Below, one piece after another: positions 41,497-51,108 of a stretch of DNA of 64,000 bases. Origin of the DNA: an uncultured candidate division Zixibacteria bacterium. GTDB taxonomy: Bacteria > Zixibacteria > MSB-5A5 > UBA10806. Position 1 is the stretch's first letter. Each line of letters starts with the position of its first letter. Below the pieces are notes generated by a model. That model saw nothing but the letters and a program-made list of their open reading frames with translations, did not search any database and had not been told where the DNA came from. The DNA lies in the NCBI GenBank assembly GCA_963801605.1, contig CAWDFP010000006.1, positions 608,001 through 672,000 of the forward strand, written 5' to 3'. A program made the translations under genes and the position numbers.

Positions 41497-44400
41497 TTAC
41501 CCCAGTACCACTACTTTATCAGCTACAATCGTTAGTCCGCCCTGATCCGTTTGCACTGTGCCTTCAATATCCAAAAGTGGTTTGCGGAAAATGCGTTCGC
41601 CCACGCGCTGGTAGACTTCCGGAAATAAGGTAACCTCAAACATATCATATTCATCTTCCATGGTAAGGAACACCATGCTCTTGCCGTTGTTGGTCTTGAT
41701 ACGCTTACGATCAGCAACCAGCCCGGCGATCTGCACCCGTTTCCCCTCCAAGCGGGAAAGCTCGAAACTCTTAATATGCCCATTGTTCATCGATAAGCCG
41801 TTCTATTGGATGGCAGCTTATCGACATCTCCAATATTTCGTGCTCGGCTTTGAGTTTCTGGTCGATATCGAAATCGGGCAGGTCAGGCGCAAACGGTATT
41901 TCAGGCTCAATGAAATTATTGAACATCGGAAGATCGCCGGAATTGTTTTTTAGCCTCTTTTCGCCATACATTTTCTGAAGCCAGAGAAGCTGCGGCCGGC
42001 TCTGCCCCAGACAATCAAGCGCGCCAACGCGGATCAGGCTCTCGGCCTCGTCCACCGATGGCCGTACCCGCGCCAGAAAATCGAAGAGACTCCGAAACGG
42101 CCCCACTTTTCGGGCCTCAATTATTCTCTCAATCGTTTCTCTTGACAGGTTTCTTACAAAAAGCAATCCGATATACAGATTCTTGCCGTCAACAAAACAA
42201 ACATCCGATGGCCTGTCAATTGTTGGGGTTTTTAGAACTGCTCCAAAACGGCGGGCCTCCTCGGCGTAAACGCGGGCGATATAATATCCGGCAAAATTAT
42301 TCAACATCGAGGCCATATACTCCACCGGATGATGCGCCTTAAGATATGCCCCGCGATAAGCAAGAACCGCGTAGGTGGCGGCGTGCGCCTTGCAGAAACC
42401 ATACGAGGCAAATTGCGCCATGAGATCGAAAACGTGGGAGGCAACGGCGCTTTCTATTCCGCGCCGTGAGGTCTGACTGAAAAACGCCTCCCGCATTTGC
42501 GCGAAATCTTTATGCATTCGATCCTTGGTGATCGCGTTACGCAGAAGGTCGCCCTGTTCAGGCGTAAAGCCTGCCATCGCTTCGGCCACGCGCAGGACCT
42601 GTTCCTGATAGATGATATTGCCCAGGGTTTCGCGCAGTACCGGCTCCAGAAGCGGATGAGGATATTCTATCGGCAACCGTCCAAACAGCCGCTCCAGAAA
42701 TACCTTCTTCATTCCCGATTCGGACGCGCCCGGACGAATCAAAGCTAACGCCAGGGTAATATCGTTGAGATTTGCCGTTTTCATGGCAATCAGAAGCGCG
42801 CGCAGGCCCGGCGATTCAATCTGAAAGACGCCTACCGTTCGGCCGCGACGAAGCAGCTCATAAGTTTTGGGATCGTTATCGGGAATTGTATCCGGACGAC
42901 TGCCGGTTTTTGCCGCGATAATATCTCTGGCTTCCTCGATTGTGGAAAGGCCGCGCTGGCCTAGAAGATCGATCTTAACCAGGCCGAGGTCGTCAATCGA
43001 ATACATATCGTATTGGGTGATGGCGATACCCTTGGCAGCGAGCTGCAGGGGGACCAGATCGAGGAGCTTGCCCGGCGCAATCACAATGCCGCCGCAATGG
43101 ATTCCCAGGTGACGAGGATACCCCTCGATCTTGCCGGCGATTTCGATGATGCTCTTATATGGTTCCCGGGCAACCGGCAGATGACGGCATTCCGGGCTGG
43201 TGGCAACCCGTTTGGCGATACCGTCAACGCTGCCCCCGAAGGGAAGACGCTTTGGTGAAATCGGAAATTTCATCTCCGGAGAGGCCGAATGCCTTGGCCA
43301 CCTCGCGAATGGCCCCGCGGACCGCAAAGGTGTTGGTAGTTGAGATCATCGCCACCCGATCACGGCCATATTTTTCATAGACGAATTCAAGCACGTCGTC
43401 ACGACGTTTCCAGCACAAATCGAGATCGATATCGGGTGGATCGCGGCGGGCCTCGTTGAGGAAGCGCGGGAAATAGAGGTCCTGTTCGATCGGGCAGACC
43501 TCGGTTATCCCCAGGCAATATGAGACAATCGACGATGCCGCCGAGCCGCGCCCCACGCAGGGGATACCGCTCGCGCTGGCAGAATTCGATAATATCGCGC
43601 ACGATCAGGAAATAGTCGACAAACCCGGCACGCTCGATGACGTTAAGCTCATATTCCAGCCGCGAGATTGCCTCGCCGCTCATTTTTGGATAGCGTCGAT
43701 GAAGTCCATCGGAGGCCAGTTCATATAGAAGTCGGGTATTTGGTTTGTCGGCTCCGCTCTCATAGATTGGAAAATTGAGCTTGCCGATTGGCAGATCGAG
43801 ATTGCATTCCTCGGCAATCTCAAGAGTGTTTTTGATGGCGTCGGGGAAATCCGCAAAAAGCTTGAGAGTCTCCGGCCTCGATCTAAAATATGCCAGTTGC
43901 CCCTCGGTGGCATCATCCTTAAGTTGATCGATCGGGATGATCTCTCCGATCGCGCGCAGAACGCGATGAGTGGAGTAATCCTCTTTATCGAGAAACGCGA
44001 CCGGATTGGCGGCTATGGTTTTGATATTGCCAATGCTTTTAATATCCCTTTGTAATCTGATCTTGCTTCTCAAATCGCCGAAATTGACCAGACCGAAATA
44101 GAGGTTGCGGCCAAAGATATCATGTAACAAACCAATCGATCCGACATCAAACACAATCGCGATGACATCCTTACCGTATAATGATATATCCTCAAGCGAT
44201 GGTACTCGCTCATCAAGCTTTTCAATTGTCGAAAGCCGGCAGAGGTTGCCATATCCAACAATAGATTTGGCGATAAAGAGAATCCGTCCGGCTTCGGTTT
44301 CGAGCTCGACACCCACTATCGGTTTGATGCTATAATCTTTGGCCTTCTTATAGAATTGTATCGCGCCGTAGAGGCCGCCGAGATCGGCCAGGCCAAGCGA

Positions 44401-44508
44401 AGCCATACCCTGACGAGCCGCGCGCTCCAGAAGCCTATCGAGCGTGGCGGCGCCGTGCAGGAACGAGTAGTTACTGCGACAGCGAAGGGGTACGAAGCTC
44501 GTAACCAT
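41497..44508 (-). CDS. dnaE2: Error-prone DNA polymerase III alpha (DnaE2-type), 3 indels
   Basis: PHP domain (SNYSFLHG), GRGSAASS, PDIDLD, LVKIDLLG, VFQIESPG, YGFCKAHA and C-terminal OB fold, spread over four ORF pieces; directly downstream of dinB. Confidence 0.9.
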
Positions 44509-45689
44509 CGACTACCTCGCGGAAATTATCGCCCAGATGCTGAGTGCGTCCGGTGTAGATGGCGTGATATCCAAGTTTGGAGCGGACCTGATCGAGACTA
44601 TTGGCCAGGTCGAACGATTTCTCGCTGGCGAAAAGACGAATCTGCCGAAAGGCCGGCGAAAGTTTCATGGCGGTAATACCCAGATGCCGCACGCCAATCT
44701 TGCGGGTATAGATCTTCTCAAACAGGGCGTTGACCGCGGAATGAATATCGCCCTCGGCGTTGGATGGGAAGGGGAGGGTGCGGGCATCATCGTTAGAGGA
44801 GTAATCGACATAGCGCAGTTTGACCGAGACCCGTCCGGTGACCTGGTTTTGCTCGCGAAGCTTCTGGCAGACGCGCTCCAGCAGATAGTAAAGTGTGCCC
44901 TGCAGGAAATCCTTGTCGACCGAGTCGGCGTTGAAAGTGGTTTCGCGGCTGACCGTTTTCTGGAATTCGCTCTGGCTGCACCTCGCGACTGTCGATCCCG
45001 CGGGCGTAGTCGTACCACTCGCTGCCGCGGACGCCGAATAGCTCAATCAGCGCCGAGCGCGGCACCTTCTGCAGATCGCCAACCGTATGGACGCCAAGCT
45101 CGGCCAGCGTCTCCTCGGTTTTGTGGCCGATATTGGGAATCTGGCGCACCGGAAGTGTCGGGCAGCATCGCCTGGGCGCGCGTTTCGCTGATGACGGTCA
45201 GGCCATCGGGTTTGCGCATATTGCAGGCGATCTTGGCGAACATCTTGGAGGTCGAAATCCCGACCGAGCAGCGGATATTGAGCCGGTCGCTGATCTTGTC
45301 CTTGAGCGATTGCCCCAACTCGCGCACGGTGCGAATCGGCTCCGGCAACCGGTGAGATCGAGATACCCTTCGTCCATCGAGACCGGCTCGATCTGCGGAG
45401 TGTACTCGTCGAAAATCTCCTGCACCTTGCGCCAGAAATCGAGATAGATTTTGATATCGCCTTTGACGAAATGGGCGTGGGGCAGACGGCGGTAGGCCTC
45501 GGCCAGCGACACCCCGAACCCGACCCCCAGCTTGCGGGCCTCGTAGGAGGCGCAGATCACGATACCGCGCGTGCCCGGCTCGCCGCCGACAATGACCGGC
45601 TTGCCGCGCAGATCGGGGTTGAGCGCCTGCTCCACCGACGCCAGAAAGGCGTTCATATCGACCAGAGCGATGATTCTGTGATTTTCCAT
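44471..45689 (-). CDS. dinB: DNA polymerase IV (Y family), 3 indels
   Basis: VDMNAFLASVEQ, ASYEAR, SMDEGYLD, KPDGL, IPNIG.KT, SRETTF, VSVKLRY across four frames. Confidence 0.92.
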
Positions 45690-45747
45690 AACTATAACAC
45701 CCCCAATAAATTACACGCACAGTGCCGCGATAATACAGACAAGCAAC

Positions 45748-45795
45748 GGCACAAATGTGCAGGTATAATATATAGCGATTAAAAAGGGGTGTCAA
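45748..45795 (-). promoter_or_regulatory. sigma70 promoter with candidate LexA (SOS) box at the start site
   Basis: TTGACA(45795-90)-N17-TATATT(45772-67), followed by the palindrome TGCAC-ATTT-GTGCC (45761-45748). Confidence 0.65.
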
Positions 45796-45820
45796 GGGGA
45801 AAAAGGAGTTTCCTTAGCTA

Positions 45821-46465
45821 CTACGCTTCATACTCTTTATCATGTATGCGACTCTTTAGAAATGGAATGTTTCCGTGAGGGGATTCAAATGTATATTCCA
45901 AACCTATTCGATCGTAAACCTGTTTCCAGAAGTCAGGTTTTTCAAATCCGATAGCTTTGCAGAAGTTGCTAAATGAATCAATCGTCTCCAGACGATTGAT
46001 CCTTTCATCTTTAAATTTATTGGTTTCTAAATCGAAATTATCTGGCATAAGTTCTATAAGATAACGCCTGTATTCAGGAGTACCCATTAGGCTGATCAGA
46101 TGATAAAACTTATCATCATCTGCAAAGATACCTATTATACCCCAGGGAATTTCACCATACATTTTAATCGATTCCGCAAATTTACTTTCAAAATCGAGCC
46201 GTTTTGAATATATCAAATAATCATTTGCGAGACGGAGTTTCAGGGCGGAGTCAATGTGAATTATATCATACCCCTGTAGTCGTCGCATCGGATGAAAGTG
46301 TAAATCATTGGGTTCTTTGGCGGCCAAAGCATCAGCCACAATACCCACGATTTTAAAGGACTGCTCCAGCGTCATTGTTGACATTGGTGGTTTTGGCTTA
46401 AATTTATAATTTCTATGCTTAAATATTTTCCATAACTTCTTCATATACATTCCAATCGCTCCCAA
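45821..46465 (-). CDS. Hypothetical protein (AT-rich)
   Basis: 214-aa ORF 45 bp downstream of the TIR gene on the same strand; no recognisable family. Confidence 0.65.
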   Translation of the reverse strand: MGAIGMYMKKLWKIFKHRNYKFKPKPPMSTMTLEQSFKIVGIVADALAAKEPNDLHFHPMRRLQGYDIIHIDSALKLRLANDYLIYSKRLDFESKFAESIKMYGEIPWGIIGIFADDDKFYHLISLMGTPEYRRYLIELMPDNFDLETNKFKDERINRLETIDSFSNFCKAIGFEKPDFWKQVYDRIGLEYTFESPHGNIPFLKSRIHDKEYEA

Positions 46466-46509
46466 AATATTTTCTCTGGGCGGCAGCCGTCCTAGGTTGC
46501 CTCTTTATA

Positions 46510-47559
46510 CTAAATTGCGTTTTCAAATTCAGAGTTATCTTTTATACAGGCCATTATTTTTTCTGATATCTTTATGGCGTCGTCACCATCAACGATCAAT
46601 GCTTGACGCGCCTCTAAAAATCCCTCGAGCTTTCCTCCAAGCCGAAGGGAGATTATCATTTTTTCATTTCCAATACAATGCCCAACCTCTTGATGGGTCC
46701 ATTCTGACTCATTAAATGAGTCGGTGATCAACGCTACTAATATTTGACAAGATTTTAGGTGCTTTAAAATCTCCAGTCGCCAATCTTTATCTACTTTTAT
46801 TACGTCATGAGCCAAAAACGTTTTATAGCCGTAAGCTTCCAATCGTGATTTTATTTGACCGGCCCAAATCTTATCATTGTGGGAATAGCTTATAAATATC
46901 TCTAATTGCTTTAGAGCGCTTTTTTTATCATTATTATTTTTTGTAAAATACTCTTCAACCTGCGATCTCATTTTAGGATTAATACGATATTGGCGATGTA
47001 TAATTCCATTATAAATCATATTCGTTCCGACTGCTTTTTCCGCTACTAAATATTCTACATGCGTCAAGTCTTCTGCCCATTCGCCAATCTGATCTTCCTC
47101 TGCATTAATATTGACATGCAAATCAACAGGACTAATTTTCCAGGAAGGAAATAGCGCATTAATATTAAAAACAAATTTAAGAATTTCCGTACGCACTAAA
47201 GGACCGGGGGGCATAATTGAAGCTCTCATTTTTTCATATTCATCAGTGAACAAGTCAAATTGTTTCAAATCCGGTTGTTCCCGGATTTTTAAAATGCCAA
47301 ATTTTACCGCTTCAAAAAAAAGAGCATTGTCATCATTAATAAAATAAAAATCTCTTAAATCACTTGATATTCTTACAACAAACTCTATCGCGTCGCTACC
47401 TGATGGGGCGATCTGCGTAAAAAATAAATAGAATGGAATTCTACCAAGTAGGTCGCCGGAATCAGGTTTGTGCTGATCTGCGCGAACCATAAATTTTATG
47501 GGTTTTTCATTAACTAGAGAAATATATTGTCCAAGATCAATGCTTTTAATCAAAGTCAT
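46510..47559 (-). CDS. TIR-domain protein with unknown N-terminal region
   Basis: C-terminal IFISYSHNDK...FLAHD...ILKHLKSC...SEWTHQEVG (catalytic Glu position retained); SD ggaggt. Confidence 0.9.
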   Translation of the reverse strand: MTLIKSIDLGQYISLVNEKPIKFMVRADQHKPDSGDLLGRIPFYLFFTQIAPSGSDAIEFVVRISSDLRDFYFINDDNALFFEAVKFGILKIREQPDLKQFDLFTDEYEKMRASIMPPGPLVRTEILKFVFNINALFPSWKISPVDLHVNINAEEDQIGEWAEDLTHVEYLVAEKAVGTNMIYNGIIHRQYRINPKMRSQVEEYFTKNNNDKKSALKQLEIFISYSHNDKIWAGQIKSRLEAYGYKTFLAHDVIKVDKDWRLEILKHLKSCQILVALITDSFNESEWTHQEVGHCIGNEKMIISLRLGGKLEGFLEARQALIVDGDDAIKISEKIMACIKDNSEFENAI

Positions 47560-47728
47560 TTAAGACCTCCTGCCTTGCGTATTCTTCACCCCTCGCCCGC
47601 GTTGTCGTCTCAATGATGCGCCACAAAATTAATATACATCGCCAATTGTGTCAAGAAAAAAGGTGGCGTAAAAGAGCCAGATTAAAGGGCTATACCATTT
47701 TGGTGAGGTCAACCAAATGGTCTTTCCC

Positions 47729-47791
47729 GTGGTGTCGGGTCTCCGCACCCGACACCTAACGAGTAGCGGTCAGGTTCGGAGACCTGACCGC
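47729..47791. repeat. Inverted REP-like hairpin doublet
   Basis: ggtgtcgggt-ctccgc-acccgacacc (47731-56) and gcggtcaggt-tcggag-acctgaccgc (47766-91), each preceded by GTRG. Confidence 0.7.
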
Positions 47792-47827
47792 ACAGGAAAT
47801 CCACTCAAATAAATTACACAGAGGCCC

Positions 47828-47856
47828 TTGACAGGCGTCAGGAAACATTTTACAAT
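47828..47856 (+). promoter_or_regulatory. sigma70 promoter of marR-mla operon
   Basis: TTGACA-N17-TACAAT. Confidence 0.7.
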
Positions 47857-47872
47857 ATGAATAGTTATAATT

Positions 47873-48340
47873 ATGAAATATCAGATGAGCATAGCGGAAA
47901 AACATACACTCAAGACACAGGCCGACAGGCTTTTTACCGCCGTCGAGGCGATCGAGAAGTCGCTGGAGCATGATTTCGCCGGGGCGGAACTCGATTTGAC
48001 CAAACCGCAGTTGAAAACGCTGATTGCCGTGTACCGCGCCAAATGTGTCACCATGAGCGAGCTGGGCAAGCTGACCGGCTACCCCACCAGCGCCCTGACC
48101 GGCATTATCGACCGCATGCTTAAGAAGAAGCTGGTCAAGCGAGTGCGCGATAATGACGATAGACGTATTGTCAAGGTAACCATCAGTGATACCGGGTCAA
48201 GCCTGGCGGCGGAGTTTCACCGGAAACTAATGCGCTGCCTGTCCGTAGTTCTTGAAAAGATCGGCCCGGACGAGCGGGAGAAGATGGTGACGCTCATGGA
48301 AAAGATCGCCAGCGGTTTTCCCAACCGCAACGGTGCGTGA
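47873..48340 (+). CDS. MarR family transcriptional regulator
   Basis: LTKPQ...TMSELG...LTGIIDRM.KK.LVKR..D..DRR.V.VTI...G. Confidence 0.93.
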   Translation: MKYQMSIAEKHTLKTQADRLFTAVEAIEKSLEHDFAGAELDLTKPQLKTLIAVYRAKCVTMSELGKLTGYPTSALTGIIDRMLKKKLVKRVRDNDDRRIVKVTISDTGSSLAAEFHRKLMRCLSVVLEKIGPDEREKMVTLMEKIASGFPNRNGA

Positions 48341-48408
48341 AAAGGATGTTTGCCGGTAACGCTGCTTTGTGATAAGATCGAATAACAGGGGCTTTTTGAA
48401 GGTGTAAT

Positions 48409-49227
48409 TTGGACGAAAAGTTTGAAATTGGCGAAACGAACGACGATGTAAGCTTCAATGGATTTGAAAGGATAGGTGTTTTTCTATCCTATCTTTACCA
48501 ATATGCGATATTTCTTGTAACTTCGGTCAAAGCCGCGTTTGGCAAACCGTTTTATCTCAAGGAAATCTACGAGCAGCTTTACCAGATCGGATATAGATCG
48601 CTTTCGATTGTCACCCTGACCGGTACTTTTACCGGCATGGTGATGGCGTTCCAAACCGGTATGGAGATGAGCCGTTTCGGAGCCAAAGCCTATATCGGTT
48701 CGGTGGTAGCGTTATCGTTGGTTCGTGAACTTGGACCGGTGTTGACTGCGCTGGTGATCGCGGGACGAGTTGGAGCCGGTATCACCGCCGAACTCGGTTC
48801 GATGAAAGTGACTGATCAGATCGATGCCATGCGCGCCATGGCAACCGATCCTTTCAAAAAACTGGTGGTTACCCGAATTATCGCGCTCATCATCATGGTG
48901 CCGATCCTGACCGCCGTAGCCGATGTTGTCGGCCTTATCGGAGGCATGCTTATTGCGGTCACCAATCTCAATGTCGGTTTCGAGCTTTATCGAAGCACGG
49001 TTACCAATGCGCTGCTTTTTGAGGATCTTATCTCGGGCTTTACCAAGCCGATCGTATTCGCAATTCTGATCGGCACTATCGGCTGTTTCCTGGGAATGAA
49101 CACCAAAGGCGGCACCAAGGGAGTCGGCAGCAATACCACGATGTCAGTGGTGATATCATCGATTTTTATTTTCATTCTCGATTTTGTTATGACCAAGATA
49201 TTCTTTCTCGTTGGAAGGCCGCTATGA
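48409..49227 (+). CDS. mlaE: MlaE family ABC permease
   Basis: RELGPVLTALVIAGRVGAGITAELGSMKVTDQIDA. Confidence 0.95.
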   Translation: MDEKFEIGETNDDVSFNGFERIGVFLSYLYQYAIFLVTSVKAAFGKPFYLKEIYEQLYQIGYRSLSIVTLTGTFTGMVMAFQTGMEMSRFGAKAYIGSVVALSLVRELGPVLTALVIAGRVGAGITAELGSMKVTDQIDAMRAMATDPFKKLVVTRIIALIIMVPILTAVADVVGLIGGMLIAVTNLNVGFELYRSTVTNALLFEDLISGFTKPIVFAILIGTIGCFLGMNTKGGTKGVGSNTTMSVVISSIFIFILDFVMTKIFFLVGRPL

Positions 49228-49962
49228 TTAAAATTGTCGACCTTTCGAAAAATTTCGGCAAAAAAGTAGTGCTTAAAAATTTTTCAGTGGATTTCGAAAG
49301 CGGCCGGACCACGGTGGTACTGGGACGATCCGGAACGGGCAAAAGCGTACTTCTGAAAATTATTCTTCGGCTTCTACAATCCGATGGTGGGACGGATTTA
49401 TGTCGACGATATCCGACACCACCGATTATTCCGAACAACGAGATGATGGATGTACGCCGTCGAGATGGGGATGCTATTTCAGGGTTCGGCGCTTTTCGAT
49501 TCGATGAATGTTTATGAAAACGTGGCCTATACACTCAGAGAGCACACTCAAATGACCGAGCCGGAAATCCGGCAACGGGTGGCCGAGAAGCTGAGTTTCG
49601 TGGAGATGAGCGGCACCGAGCAATTGCTGCCATCGGAGCTTTCGGGCGGCATGCAGAAGCGGATAGCATTAGCGCGTGCCATGGCCAATAATCCCGATTA
49701 TATATTTTTCGATGAGCCCACAACGGGACTGGACCCCATAACGGCTCAGACGATAAATGAGCTGATAAAAAGAGTTGAGGTCGAGACCGGAACGACTATT
49801 ATAGTTGTGACGCATGATCTCGAAAGCGCCTATTTTGTGGGACATAAGCTTGTTTTGATTCGCGAAGGCGAAGTATATTTCGAGGGATCGCCGGAAGAGT
49901 TTCAAAAAAGCGATTTGGAGTTTGTCAGAATGTTTAGAACCGGCGGAAAGGCAGGTAATTGA
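49224..49962 (+). CDS. mlaF: MlaF family ABC ATPase (indels near 49400-49460)
   Basis: GRSGTGKS, GMLFQGSALFDSM, LSGGMQKR, FDEPTTGLDP, VTHD. Confidence 0.92.
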
Positions 49963-49963
49963 T

Positions 49964-50920
49964 ATGAATGGCAACAGGGGCAAAGAAATAAGAGTAGGAG
50001 CCCTGATCGCTGTCGGATTTTTGATAGTATTTGGAGCCTTTTTCGTAATTGGCGGTCAGGAAGGTTTTTTCCATAAAAAGTATGAACTTCGCGCCAAATT
50101 TGAAAATGTCGAGGGATTGACGGTTGGCGCTGCCGTGAGATTGGGCGGTGTGAAAGTTGGCAGCGTGGAAAGGGTCGGATTCTCTCGTGATGATAGCGAC
50201 AAGCGGGTCATTGTCAAGATGCTGATAAACGCCAGGAGTTTCGATCAAATCCGCAAGGATTCGATGGCTAAACTCGGTGGCCAGGGTCTTTTGGGCGACC
50301 GCACAGTTGATATTTCAATAGGTACACCGTCAGAGGCCGCGATGATGCCCGGCGACTTTATTAACACGGTAGAAACCGCGCAGATCAACGATATCATCTC
50401 CCAGGGCGGTGATGTCATGGCCGATCTGAAGAGCACGGCGCGAAATATTAAAGAGATTACTTATAAAATAAATAACGGCACCGGCAGCCTGGCTCAGATT
50501 ATTAATGATCCGCGATTATATACTAATCTCGACTCCCTATTAGGCCTCTGGTCCGATATAACCATAAAGATCAATAGCGGCCAGGGCGTTTTGGCCAAAC
50601 TGGTCAACGATCCTGCGCTTTACAACAATTTATCGACATCTCTAAGCGAGATCGATGCGTTTATGGTGAATATCAACGATGGGAAGGGCAGCCTGGGTAA
50701 GCTTGCTAAAGAGGATATCGTCTATAATCGTTTTGATAGCCTGTTGACTACAGCCAATTCGATTCTCACCAAAGTTAATAGCGGTAGCGGTACCGCCGGT
50801 CAAGCCCTAAACAACGCCGGGCTTTATCAGCGGATTGATTCGACGCTGACTGCTCTCAATGAGCTTATTGTCGATATCAAAATGCATCCCAAAAAATATG
50901 TGAAGCTTTCAATATTTTAA
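49964..50920 (+). CDS. mlaD: MlaD/MCE family protein
   Basis: N-terminal TM, GLTVGAAVRLGGVKVG MCE domain, repeated GxGSLAxxxNDPxLY helical repeats. Confidence 0.92.
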   Translation: MNGNRGKEIRVGALIAVGFLIVFGAFFVIGGQEGFFHKKYELRAKFENVEGLTVGAAVRLGGVKVGSVERVGFSRDDSDKRVIVKMLINARSFDQIRKDSMAKLGGQGLLGDRTVDISIGTPSEAAMMPGDFINTVETAQINDIISQGGDVMADLKSTARNIKEITYKINNGTGSLAQIINDPRLYTNLDSLLGLWSDITIKINSGQGVLAKLVNDPALYNNLSTSLSEIDAFMVNINDGKGSLGKLAKEDIVYNRFDSLLTTANSILTKVNSGSGTAGQALNNAGLYQRIDSTLTALNELIVDIKMHPKKYVKLSIF

Positions 50921-51108
50921 ACGGATTTATCAGTCAAAAAATATTTGCCGATTGAGACATGATAGCGCCAACCTTACCTGATTGGCGCTATTTTTTTGGC
51001 GGTATCGGATTTGCAGTCGATTGATATGCGCCCAACAATATCTTGACCATTTTAAACAATAAGGTATATTTGAACAAAGCCGCATTATTCTTCGGCTGTT
51101 TGAGACAG

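Noticed and set aside
44537..45355. 272-aa plus-strand ORF and other long antisense ORFs (e.g. 7373..7987, 15512..16168)
   Set aside because: These are shadow ORFs opposite well-supported genes, favoured by high GC, with no recognisable motifs.
45821..47559. Calling the TIR block a Thoeris system
   Set aside because: No ThsA-type SIR2/SLOG or TM-macro effector is recognisable next to it.
41400..47800. Prophage or IS element
   Set aside because: No integrase, transposase, phage structural gene or flanking att/TSD was found.
50460..50860. Repeats within mlaD and the LVIVD genes as DNA repeat arrays
   Set aside because: These are protein-level domain repeats with diverged nucleotides, normal for these families.
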